DNA of 59,463 nucleotides from the sequence record MK672798.1; one strand, given 5' to 3'. Position numbers and translations under genes: made by a program. The notes beneath the pieces were generated by a model. It was given only the letters and a program-made list of their open reading frames with translations, searched no databases and was not told where the DNA came from. The stretch is from Escherichia phage Skure. Positions 10,178 through 19,254 of this stretch are shown piece after piece (position 1 is the first letter of the stretch; each line of letters begins with the position of its first letter).

Positions 10178-10575
10178 AAGCGCGCAGACAGTTAATTGAT
10201 AAGAAGATCCTCCAATGGGAACTAAATAGCAAAGTCCCCGGCGGGGGATCTTCTTTATTATCGCAACTACAAAAGGTTGAAGAACAGTCTGGTAAGACGC
10301 CTCAAAAACTTAAAGACTATCGGGAAAAGGAAATACCTGTTTGTTTTGAGTACCTTTCTAACTTGTTTGATGATTTTTACACAGGAGGTGATTTTAGTTA
10401 TACGGAGTTGCATAACTATCAGACAACTATGCGATTAAGCTTACAGCCGTACGAATGCGAAATACTGCGACAGTTATGGCTTGAAAAGCGCGTGTCTGAA
10501 GCTGAACAAAATGCTAAACTCATGGAAAGTCAAATGCAAAATCAGAATAAAGGTAGAAGGAAAAGGAGAAGATAA
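9770..10575 (+). CDS. tail assembly chaperone -1 frameshift product (lambda GT-like), shift at T TTT TTC 10168-10174
   Basis: The -1 frame is open from 10168 to TAA at 10573-10575 without needing a start codon; the extension ends exactly where the tape measure ATG begins (TAATG). Confidence 0.5.
10168..10174 (+). promoter_or_regulatory. slippery heptamer T TTT TTC for -1 programmed ribosomal frameshift
   Basis: X XXY YYZ heptamer in frame at the last two sense codons of the chaperone gene; -1 frame open downstream to 10575. Confidence 0.5.
10201..10258 (+). promoter_or_regulatory. nested stem-loop downstream of the slippery site
   Basis: Outer stem AAGAAGATCC/GGATCTTCTT enclosing TCCCC-ggc-GGGGA; lies within the frameshift extension ORF. 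Confidence 0.35.
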
Positions 10576-13500
10576 TGGCTGAAACTGCTTCGCTAGTAAT
10601 CAGAGTTGACGCGAAAGGGATTAGCACAGCGGACTCCATGCTGCGTAACCTTGCGCGTACAGGTGACACAGCGGAGCGTTCCGCTCAACGTGTCACTTCA
10701 AGCTATAAAACATTATCCAACACGTCAAACGAGCTTGCAACTGTCACAGGTCGTTTGGATGCTGCAATTGTAGGTATGATTAGCGTTGACACAATTAACC
10801 GTGTTATTTCGCTATCAGACTCCTGGACTATCCTTACTAACAAACTTGAACTAGCTCGTATGGGTAACGAAACCGTTGCGGATTCTCAGCAACGTGTGTT
10901 TGATATTGCGCAGCGTTCCCGTACTAGCTTAGAAGCAACTGCAACTCTGTATTCCCGTCTTCAGCGTGCAATGAAGAATACTGGCATGACGGGGTTGGAG
11001 CTTGGGCGCATCACAGAAACTATCAACAAAGCGATGATTGTTTCTGGTGCAACTTCCCACGAAGCAAGTGCTGCTCTTATTCAGTTTTCGCAGGCTATGG
11101 CTTCCGGCGTTCTTCGCGGTGACGAATTTAGATCGGTTGCAGAACAGGCTCCGCGTTTAACTCAAATTATGTCCGACGCGTTAGGCGTTACCATTGGACA
11201 ATTGCGTGAAATGGCTTACAGCGGCAAGTTAACCGCCGATGTGGTTATCAAATCATTGTCTGGTGCTGCGGATACAATTGATAAAGAATTCAGCCGCACT
11301 ATGCCAACGTTCAACCAACAATGGACGATTGCAACAAACAACCTGACTAAATTTATGGGTGAATCCCAAAAGACTCAAGGTGCGGTCGCTGCATTGGGTC
11401 AGACGTTTGTTGCATTATCTAAAAACTTAGGAACGGTTGTAACGGTTGGTTCAGCTTTAGCCACAGTGATTACCGCCCGTATCATTACGGCAATGCTTGC
11501 TAAGACTAAAGCGTCTATAGCTGCTGCAAAAGCATCACAGATGGAGGCTGCACAGACTGCGGCAACTACTGCGGTTATGCAAAGCTCCATTGGCGTTACT
11601 GCACAAAAGGCGGCTGCGGATCGTGCTGCGTCGCTTGCTGCGTTACAGGTTGCTCGCGGATCATTAGCGGTTGCTAAGGGCACGGCAGCGGAAGCAGGTG
11701 CACGTCTTGCACTTATTAACGCTACCCGTGCACACTCTGCGGCAATTGTGGCGGACGTACAAGCGCGACAGGCGCTTAATGCTGCGCTTAACGCAACCGT
11801 ACCAGCGGCAAGCCGTGCTGCTACAGCAATGAGCGTGCTGCGCGGTGCTATGGGGTTAATTGGCGGTCCGGTTGGTGTAGCAATGCTGGCAGCGGGCGCT
11901 ATTTACTCGTATAAAGCATCGCTGGAAGCTGGTCGTGCTGAAAATAATCAGTTCGCAGATAGCGTTGACAGTGTACGCGATAAATTGATGCAAATGACGG
12001 AAGCTCAGCTGGCAGCTAACGCGGTCAAAGCTAGAGCAATCCTTCCGGAACTTGAAGAGCAACTGAAGCGGGAGCAGAACGCTCTAAAATCTGCAACAGA
12101 AACACAGAAGTTCTATGAAGCACAATTAAAACGCCGTGCCGCGTCCGGTCGTGATACAGCTAGTGCTGAGAAGAACTTACAAATTGCAACGGATAACGTC
12201 AAGCTTGCTGCCGAGCGTGCTGAAGAAGCTCAACGCCGTTACAACAATGTCTTAGAAATGACAAGCCCTGCTATCGAGAAGATAATTCCGTTAGCTCGTC
12301 AGCTTGCTGCTGATATGAAGGCAGTTCTTAACATCAAATCCGGTCCACTTATTGACGAGAAAGTCCTTGACCGTTTTAAAGGTCAGCTAGGTGATGTCAA
12401 CCGTGAGATTGATGTTAACACGGTTAAGGGTGCTGGCAATGCTCGCCAAGCTGCAATCCTTAGTGGACTGTATCAGACGCTGGGCAAGGATGCAGACACC
12501 TATGGAAGTCTAATTCGCAAAGTAGCTATGGGGCAGGACGTTAGCTCAGAGGCAACAAGCGAATCCGCTAAAGAGCTTGTTAAATATGCTCAAGATTTAG
12601 CCCAAGCTCTTGGCAAAAACTACGATCTTGAAGAAGCAGAGAGAAACCGAACTAAAGCGACAAAAGACGGTATTAAAGCAGAACAACAGAACGCCAAAGT
12701 TATTGACGATTTACGCAATAAGCTTAACGAAGTAACCACAGGGGTTAAGGAAAACGCCAAAGCGAAAGCGCAAGCGGTAGCACTTAATAAGCTCAATGCG
12801 TCTGCAACGGCTGCGGAAAAAGCAGAAGTCGTTAGTCTTGCTGCTGCAATTTACGATGCAGAAGAAGCTCAAAAGAAACTGGACGAGCGTAAGAAGAATC
12901 GTAAAGCTGCCGAAGACTTGTTAGGGGAAGGTAGAACAGACTACGCTAAAATTGAATACGAAATGCAAGAAAAGATCATGAAGCTTCATAGGGATCAAGA
13001 AGCAGATGACCTTGAGCATTACAAACTGTATGAGGACGCTAAGACTCAAGTATTGGCGCAAGCTAACCTTCAAAGGGAAAACCTGAATAAAGTTCTTATG
13101 AACAGGATGATATCCTTTTCTCAGGACTCCTTAGGTATTATAATGGATGGTCTGTCACAGGCTGTAAGCCAGCAGAACTTCTTTTATAAAGCTATGTTTG
13201 CAGCACAGAAAGCAATGCAAATCCCGTCAATCCTTGCCAACACGGAAACGGCAGCATCCGCGGCGCTTGCATGGGGTACACAGCAAGGCGGTGCTACAAT
13301 GGGCGCAACAATGGCAGCTATAGTGAAAACTATGGGTTATGCCTCGGCTGCTACTGTGGGTGGCTTAGCAATTGCTGGTATGGCTCACGACGGTATTGAT
13401 AACGTTCCGCGTGAAGGTACGTGGCTGCTGGATAAAGGGGAGCGTGTTCTTAATGCTCCGTCAAATGATAAGCTAAACAGATTTCTGGACAGTCAATCCT

Positions 13501-13691
13501 CACAACAAGGTGGCATGAATATGTCCGGTGGTGTTAGCATTATTCAGTATATCACGGTGCAAGGAAATGGCGATGCCGCACTCACGCAAGCCATGCAGAA
13601 AGCAGCTCGTGATGGCGCAGAGCAGGGATATAACAAAGTTCTTAATGACTTTGCATCCCGAGGAACAATTCGTAGGACTGCAATGGGGTAA
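10575..13691 (+). CDS. tail tape measure protein
   Basis: 1038 aa, Ala/Gln-rich helical protein, largest gene in tail module. Confidence 0.85.
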   Translation: MAETASLVIRVDAKGISTADSMLRNLARTGDTAERSAQRVTSSYKTLSNTSNELATVTGRLDAAIVGMISVDTINRVISLSDSWTILTNKLELARMGNETVADSQQRVFDIAQRSRTSLEATATLYSRLQRAMKNTGMTGLELGRITETINKAMIVSGATSHEASAALIQFSQAMASGVLRGDEFRSVAEQAPRLTQIMSDALGVTIGQLREMAYSGKLTADVVIKSLSGAADTIDKEFSRTMPTFNQQWTIATNNLTKFMGESQKTQGAVAALGQTFVALSKNLGTVVTVGSALATVITARIITAMLAKTKASIAAAKASQMEAAQTAATTAVMQSSIGVTAQKAAADRAASLAALQVARGSLAVAKGTAAEAGARLALINATRAHSAAIVADVQARQALNAALNATVPAASRAATAMSVLRGAMGLIGGPVGVAMLAAGAIYSYKASLEAGRAENNQFADSVDSVRDKLMQMTEAQLAANAVKARAILPELEEQLKREQNALKSATETQKFYEAQLKRRAASGRDTASAEKNLQIATDNVKLAAERAEEAQRRYNNVLEMTSPAIEKIIPLARQLAADMKAVLNIKSGPLIDEKVLDRFKGQLGDVNREIDVNTVKGAGNARQAAILSGLYQTLGKDADTYGSLIRKVAMGQDVSSEATSESAKELVKYAQDLAQALGKNYDLEEAERNRTKATKDGIKAEQQNAKVIDDLRNKLNEVTTGVKENAKAKAQAVALNKLNASATAAEKAEVVSLAAAIYDAEEAQKKLDERKKNRKAAEDLLGEGRTDYAKIEYEMQEKIMKLHRDQEADDLEHYKLYEDAKTQVLAQANLQRENLNKVLMNRMISFSQDSLGIIMDGLSQAVSQQNFFYKAMFAAQKAMQIPSILANTETAASAALAWGTQQGGATMGATMAAIVKTMGYASAATVGGLAIAGMAHDGIDNVPREGTWLLDKGERVLNAPSNDKLNRFLDSQSSQQGGMNMSGGVSIIQYITVQGNGDAALTQAMQKAARDGAEQGYNKVLNDFASRGTIRRTAMG

Positions 13692-13694
13692 AAT

Positions 13695-14279
13695 ATGCTC
13701 ACCTGGCCTGAAGAACTTAGACCGTCCGAGATGGAATGGTATTTAGTCTCAAACTCTGTAGAATTTACAAGCCCCTTCAATGGGGCTTCCCAAACTGTGT
13801 CCTATCCAGGATCTCGATGGGAAGCAACATTAACTTTTAACAATTTGAATGACTGGCAATCAAGAAAGCTGGAATCGACTTTAGCTAAGCTTGACGGTAA
13901 AGCTGGTCGAATTATGCTTCAAGATTTTGGTCGTTGGGGTCGTGCACCGATCGGATCACCTGTGGTTAATGGTGCTAACAATACGGGGACAACTTTATCA
14001 ACTAAAGGCTGGACACCTAACAGAAAGGTTTTATGGGAAGGAGATTACATTGCAGTAAACAATGAATTAAAACTAATAACAGAAGACGCTTGGAGCGATT
14101 CGTCTGGTAATGTAATCTTAAACATTGCACCAATGTTAAGGACCATACCTCCAAATGGTTCGAAGATTGAAACTCAAAAGCCGCAAGGAGCTTTCCGGTT
14201 AGCAGAAAATACTAACGGAGTTAAGCGTCAACCAGCTTTTAATAATTCATTCACTTTAAAATTTTCGGAGGCGTTCTAA
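13695..14279 (+). CDS. minor tail protein (lambda gpM-like position)
   Basis: 194 aa, first gene after tape measure. Confidence 0.45.
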   Translation: MLTWPEELRPSEMEWYLVSNSVEFTSPFNGASQTVSYPGSRWEATLTFNNLNDWQSRKLESTLAKLDGKAGRIMLQDFGRWGRAPIGSPVVNGANNTGTTLSTKGWTPNRKVLWEGDYIAVNNELKLITEDAWSDSSGNVILNIAPMLRTIPPNGSKIETQKPQGAFRLAENTNGVKRQPAFNNSFTLKFSEAF

Positions 14280-14863
14280 TGCTATTTAGTCCATTTAGTG
14301 ACGAACTTCTTACCGCAATGGAGCAGCCGAACGTCGGATTAGTGTTAGCAGCGGAAATAGACTTTCCGTCCGGTGTAACGCGTGTGCATACTGGGACAGG
14401 TGTTGTTGTTATCAATGGTCAAACTTTCCTGGGCGTCGGTACGCTCGGAGACGTAGGATCTGTAACAGAAGAAAACAGCACAAGTTCCAGCACGATGTCA
14501 ATGGCGCTTAGCGGTTTGGACATGAGTCTAGTTGGGGAAACTTTAAACGAAGAAGTCATTGGCCGTAATGTTGTTTGCTATCTAGCTGTAATGAATGATC
14601 AAGGTGTAGTGTCTGCTGCCAATATCTTGTTTGAAGGCTTTATCACAGATACAGCATTACAAGCAGGGCAACAGAACGCATTAAGTTACGTTATATCTAA
14701 TGTGTTTGAAAGATGGTCGCAGGGTTTACCTGATCGTTATACAGATGAAAGTCAACAGCGGCTATATCCGGGCGATCGTTTTTTCCGATATGTTGCACAA
14801 ATGGCTGAACGTTCTATCTTTTGGGGGAGTAAAAAAGATGCGCCAGGTTTCTCATATGAGTAA
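14279..14863 (+). CDS. minor tail protein (lambda gpL-like position)
   Basis: 194 aa, second gene after tape measure. Confidence 0.45.
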   Translation: MLFSPFSDELLTAMEQPNVGLVLAAEIDFPSGVTRVHTGTGVVVINGQTFLGVGTLGDVGSVTEENSTSSSTMSMALSGLDMSLVGETLNEEVIGRNVVCYLAVMNDQGVVSAANILFEGFITDTALQAGQQNALSYVISNVFERWSQGLPDRYTDESQQRLYPGDRFFRYVAQMAERSIFWGSKKDAPGFSYE

Positions 14864-15272
14864 ATTGCCGGGCTGGCAGACACGTTTGTTAACCACAGTA
14901 AAGGAGTTGTCATCGACTCCTTTTTCTTGGGGCGAGAATGATTGCTGCACATTTGCGGCAAGATGTGTTGATGCTCAATATGGTACTAATATCTATGATC
15001 AAATCGCTGGAAAATATAATACAGAACTAGGAAGTAAAAAATTCACTTTGCAAAGAGTTGGAACCTCTTATCTTCCTTTACTTCTGGATACATACCTGAG
15101 CGAGCGGGTTGAAGCAAACTTTGCGCAAAGAGGCGATGTGGTTACATTTGAGGGAGCATTGGGCTTAACTGCTGGCATATTATGGACTGGATATGTATGG
15201 GCTATGGGTCCGAACGGTGTGGAAACATTCCCGCTTAATAAGATCAAAATTACGGATATTTGGAGGGTCTAA
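14838..15272 (+). CDS. tail assembly protein, NlpC/P60-like (lambda gpK-like)
   Basis: Start moved to ATG 14838 (GGGGGAG RBS upstream) instead of 14700; GENDCCTFAARC motif consistent with NlpC/P60 catalytic Cys. Confidence 0.5.
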   Translation: MRQVSHMSKLPGWQTRLLTTVKELSSTPFSWGENDCCTFAARCVDAQYGTNIYDQIAGKYNTELGSKKFTLQRVGTSYLPLLLDTYLSERVEANFAQRGDVVTFEGALGLTAGILWTGYVWAMGPNGVETFPLNKIKITDIWRV

Positions 15273-18200
15273 TGCCACCAGCAATAATTGGAGCAGCGAT
15301 AGCTTTAGGTGCGTCGGCTGCTGCCGCGGCTAGTATTATTTCAGCAACTACCGCTCTCGTTATTGGTATTGCTGCAACTGCGGCAGGTGCTCTTTTAACT
15401 AAGACACCAAATATGAACTTTGATGCTTACAAGGGGCAGCAAGAGCGTAAACAGGTTCTGCGTGCGGCTACAGCCTCACGTTCTGTTGTATATGGCACGA
15501 CCGTAGCGTCCGGACTATTAGCATTTGCGGAGGAAGAAGCTGGAGATCAAGATGAAGGTGAATGGATGCATCTTGTTGTTGTTCTTGCTAGTCATAAATT
15601 GGAAGGTATTGAAACGATTTGGTTGGGTGATGACGGAATTGATTGGTTTGGTGAAAACGCTACTTGGGAGTTTCATAACGACCGTCAGACTGTTGACCCA
15701 TTCATGTTAAGACATTGTCCTTCCTGGAAGGAGGATATGATTGGCAAGGGTATTGCATGGCTACGTTTAAGCTTAAAGTTTGATGCTGAAAAATTCCCAT
15801 CCGGTTTGCCAAACGTCAAGGTGTTGAAAAAGGGACGTAGAGTCTATGACCCACGTTCCGGTCAAACTGTGTTTAGCGATAACGCTGCTCTTGTTATTCT
15901 TGATTATTTCCGCACGTATTTAAAGCGCAAGGACGAGAATATTAACTGGGACCAATTCAAGGAAGCTGCTAACATCTGCGACGAGTTTGTAACTAATGCG
16001 GATAACACTACGGAAAGACGCTACCGCATTAACGGTGAGTTTGAAGTGGACGAAGCACCTGCCAAGATCCTTGATGCTATGCTTGAAGCTTGCGGTGGGG
16101 AACTAACCTATATTGGCGGTAAGCATGGTCTGTTAGTTGGTGCTTATTACGGCCCAGCCACCATGACTTTGGATGAAAGCTGCATTGCTGGGGATATCAA
16201 AATAATCCCTGAGACGTCTTATAAAGAGCGTACCAATACCATTACAGGTACATTCGTCGACCCGAAGCAAACATACGCTGAAGCAGATTTCCCTCCAGTT
16301 GTGGTTAAGGAATGGGTGGAAAAAGATGGCGGTGAAATAACGCAAGACATGGATTTCCGCTTTGTTACAAGTGAATATCAAGCTCAACGTCTTGCTAATA
16401 TTATTTTACGTCGTAAGCGTGTTGGTCGAACAATTGAAGTTCCGTGTAACATGAAGGGGTATAAATTCCGCCCAGGCATGTATGTCAACGTAACCATTTC
16501 AAATATCGGAATGAAAAACGTTGAGATGCGCGTTACTAAATGGTCATTCGATCCTAAAGGTGGGATTAATCTTGTTCTTCGTCAAGACTTCCTGGAAATG
16601 TGGGACGACGCTATTGGTAAACCAATGGAGCGCCCGGATCTGGTAGACCTTCCGTCTGGTGCTATTGCTCAGCCTCAAAACCTTCAGTATCAGGTATTGC
16701 AGATTAGCGATGTTGTGCAAGGTGTTTTAACGTGGAGCAATATTGGACAGGTAGCATATAACCGCGTAGCCGTGCGACAGGGAGGTACAACGGTTTGGAC
16801 CGCACAAGTCCCTGGCCAAAACGTTCGCGTTACTGGGCTGCTGCGTGGCGCGTATACAGCGCATGTTCAAGCGGTAGCTTATAGCGGGGCAATATCGCCG
16901 GAAGCATATCTGCAATTCAATATTCAAGCACCACCTCCGCCAACTTCTGTTGAAGTGCAACAGGGTTACTTTGCTATAAGTTTGATCCCAAAATCTGCGG
17001 ATATTGCAAACGTTAGCACGCAGTATGATTTCTGGACTTCCGGTGAAACAAGATTGTCTTCCGTGTCTACAGACATTGTAGAACGCGAAGCAACTCGTAA
17101 AGGTATGGGTGCAACTTGGACGTCGGAAGGGTTGAAGAATGACCACACTTATTACTGGTATGTCCGCACCATTAACGCTTTCGGATCATCTGCATTTGTA
17201 GAAGTAGCTGCATTGTGCTTTACAACAGCTACAGATTTGATGCCACAAATTGATTCTGAATTCAAGAAGACGGAGACTTACAAAGAGCTCACTTCAGAAA
17301 TCAAAGGCGTTAAAGACGGGATTACATCTGTCAATGAAAGCCTTGTAGACGCAGAAAAGAGACTCAGCCAGAGTATTAACAGTGTTCAGGAGACTGTGAA
17401 TGGTGTTAGTGCAACTGTGCAGGAAACAAGTAAAGCGGTAGTAACGCTCGAAGGTAAAGTTAACGCTCAATGGGGCGCTAAAATACAAGTTGACAGTAAA
17501 GGGCAAAAATACGTTGCTGGTATCCAGTTAGGTATGGAGGGCTCCGGTGGTGCTGTTCAATCTTACTTCATGGTGAGTGCAAACAACTTTGCTGTTTATA
17601 ACCCGACAAACAGCGTAGCAGAACTGGCATTTGCTGTTAAGAACGGTCAAGTGTTCATGAAGGCTGCGTTTATTGAAAACGGTACGATTGACAGTGCTAA
17701 GATTTCACAGCAAATTCAGTCAACCAATTATGCAGCTGGATCTGCTGGTTGGATGATAAATAAGAACGGTAATGCGGAATTAAATAACGTAACGATAAGA
17801 GGTACTGTATACGCTAGCAACGGGTCTTTTACTGGTACAGTCAACGCTACAAGCGGTAAATTCAAGGGTACTGTGGAAGCCACCAGTTTTGTGGGTGATG
17901 TTGCGAATATGTGTGTCATTGCTGAGTCTGCAATACCAAACACACAAACTACAAGTTCAAGAACCTGGACAAAAACTTTCAAAGACTCATCTGGTTCAAC
18001 ATTATCTAAAGACTTTGTGTTGCTATTAAGTTATAGTTTAACCGCATATACATCAAAACAGGCAAGTCGTATAATTGTGACTGCTAACATAGGGGGGACA
18101 TCAATGACAAGGAGGATTGAGCGAGCTGCTAATGGTCCTGCCATGGATGTAACCATACCTTTAGCAGTGAAAGGAAAGACAGCGTCGAGCGTGACAATAA

Positions 18201-18289
18201 GCGTTACGGAGGAATATACGAATGTCTATGGGAGTTACTTGCGCCCGTCTGTAATATTGATGACTCGCGGAACTGGTAGTTGGTCGTAA
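15260..18289 (+). CDS. tail tip / host specificity protein (lambda gpJ-like) with gpI-like hydrophobic N-terminal region
   Basis: 1009 aa; C-terminal two thirds resemble lambda J (fibronectin-like region DFWTSGETRL...YYWYVRTINAFGSSAFVE and ...KYVAGIQLGMEGS...FMVSANNFAVYNP); N-terminus Gly/Ala-rich as in lambda gpI C-terminus. Confidence 0.8.
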   Translation: MEGLMPPAIIGAAIALGASAAAAASIISATTALVIGIAATAAGALLTKTPNMNFDAYKGQQERKQVLRAATASRSVVYGTTVASGLLAFAEEEAGDQDEGEWMHLVVVLASHKLEGIETIWLGDDGIDWFGENATWEFHNDRQTVDPFMLRHCPSWKEDMIGKGIAWLRLSLKFDAEKFPSGLPNVKVLKKGRRVYDPRSGQTVFSDNAALVILDYFRTYLKRKDENINWDQFKEAANICDEFVTNADNTTERRYRINGEFEVDEAPAKILDAMLEACGGELTYIGGKHGLLVGAYYGPATMTLDESCIAGDIKIIPETSYKERTNTITGTFVDPKQTYAEADFPPVVVKEWVEKDGGEITQDMDFRFVTSEYQAQRLANIILRRKRVGRTIEVPCNMKGYKFRPGMYVNVTISNIGMKNVEMRVTKWSFDPKGGINLVLRQDFLEMWDDAIGKPMERPDLVDLPSGAIAQPQNLQYQVLQISDVVQGVLTWSNIGQVAYNRVAVRQGGTTVWTAQVPGQNVRVTGLLRGAYTAHVQAVAYSGAISPEAYLQFNIQAPPPPTSVEVQQGYFAISLIPKSADIANVSTQYDFWTSGETRLSSVSTDIVEREATRKGMGATWTSEGLKNDHTYYWYVRTINAFGSSAFVEVAALCFTTATDLMPQIDSEFKKTETYKELTSEIKGVKDGITSVNESLVDAEKRLSQSINSVQETVNGVSATVQETSKAVVTLEGKVNAQWGAKIQVDSKGQKYVAGIQLGMEGSGGAVQSYFMVSANNFAVYNPTNSVAELAFAVKNGQVFMKAAFIENGTIDSAKISQQIQSTNYAAGSAGWMINKNGNAELNNVTIRGTVYASNGSFTGTVNATSGKFKGTVEATSFVGDVANMCVIAESAIPNTQTTSSRTWTKTFKDSSGSTLSKDFVLLLSYSLTAYTSKQASRIIVTANIGGTSMTRRIERAANGPAMDVTIPLAVKGKTASSVTISVTEEYTNVYGSYLRPSVILMTRGTGSWS

Positions 18290-18296
18290 TAAATAA

Positions 18297-18326
18297 TTAA
18301 CCCCTCGTTTGAGGGGTTAATTTTCA
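18297..18326. terminator. bidirectional intrinsic terminator between convergent tail tip and lipoprotein genes
   Basis: TTAACCCCTC-gttt-GAGGGGTTAA flanked by T-rich sequence on both strands. Confidence 0.65.
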
Positions 18327-18557
18327 ATAATCAATCACACAGTTTGAAGGTGAACCAATTCGTCGGTATTCATGATCAATCTCATGGCACCATTGCCCAG
18401 TCATTGGAAGCTTTTCGGTATCATAAATTAAAGAACCGTTACCATCACGGTCTAACGGTTTTGGGATAACGCCGGAATTAGGTTTACCAGTATTCAGACC
18501 GTTACCACATGCAGTGAGGGATAAAGTTAATGCCAGCATAATTAAAGCGCGTTTCAT
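18324..18557 (-). CDS. small lipoprotein, putative receptor-blocking superinfection exclusion protein (Cor/Llp-like)
   Basis: 77 aa; signal peptide MKRALIMLALTLSLTAC with lipobox; AAGGAG RBS; opposite strand between tail tip and tail fibre genes. Confidence 0.5.
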   Translation of the reverse strand: MKRALIMLALTLSLTACGNGLNTGKPNSGVIPKPLDRDGNGSLIYDTEKLPMTGQWCHEIDHEYRRIGSPSNCVIDY

Positions 18558-18627
18558 CAGGACTCCTTTGTGTTGTTGTGAATGTTCAATTCTAATATAC
18601 TTGTTGTGTTGAGTAAGTCAAATTAAT

Positions 18628-19254
18628 GTGGGAGATATTATGGCGACTCGTTTATACGGCGTTTTATTGGATGGTTTGAATAAACCTATTATCAACGCCA
18701 CAGTAGCACTTATTTCGAAAGGAAATACTCTTACCGTATTAAACGGAAGCGAGGCAATATTCCGTACAGACGCACAAGGTGCGTATAACGTAACAGTTCA
18801 GACTGGTCGTTATAAAGTTATTATTGGACCGCAAGGTATTGAGCCATATAAAGCTGGTGAGATTGTTATTTATTCAGATAGTAAAGAAGGTTCACTAAAT
18901 AACTATCTTACTAACTGGGTCCCGGAGGAATTAACTCCGGAAGTAATTGCACAAGTAAAAGAACTTGTGGCTAATTCTGAAGCCTATGCACTCCAAGCAG
19001 GTCGATCTGCGGCTTCTGCACAAGCGGACGCTACCGATGCGCGTAACAGCAAGGCAGCTTCTGCAACGTCTGCGGCGGAAGCATTGACTTATAAAAATGA
19101 CTCAAAGGCAAACGCAGATGCAGCTAAACAAGCCCAAGCTGGAGCGGCGGGATCTGCTAACACTGCAACACAAGCTGTAACCACAGTTACTCAGCTTAAA
19201 GCTGATGTTGCTCAGTTAAAACAGATACTCAAGCAATTAAAGACTCCGCGTTGA
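18628..19254 (+). CDS. tail fibre protein, N-terminal segment
   Basis: 208 aa; Ala-rich coiled-coil C-terminal part shares composition with the start of the next ORF, which overlaps in the -1 frame. Confidence 0.55.
   Translation: MGDIMATRLYGVLLDGLNKPIINATVALISKGNTLTVLNGSEAIFRTDAQGAYNVTVQTGRYKVIIGPQGIEPYKAGEIVIYSDSKEGSLNNYLTNWVPEELTPEVIAQVKELVANSEAYALQAGRSAASAQADATDARNSKAASATSAAEALTYKNDSKANADAAKQAQAGAAGSANTATQAVTTVTQLKADVAQLKQILKQLKTPR

Noticed and set aside
10222-10258. Hairpin plus T-rich tail initially read as an intrinsic terminator after the chaperone gene
   Set aside because: It lies inside the open -1 frame extension that reaches the tape measure start, so it is reported as a frameshift-associated structure instead
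14700-14837. Upstream extension of the gpK-like ORF
   Set aside because: Would overlap the preceding gene by 164 nt; internal ATG at 14838 has a proper RBS
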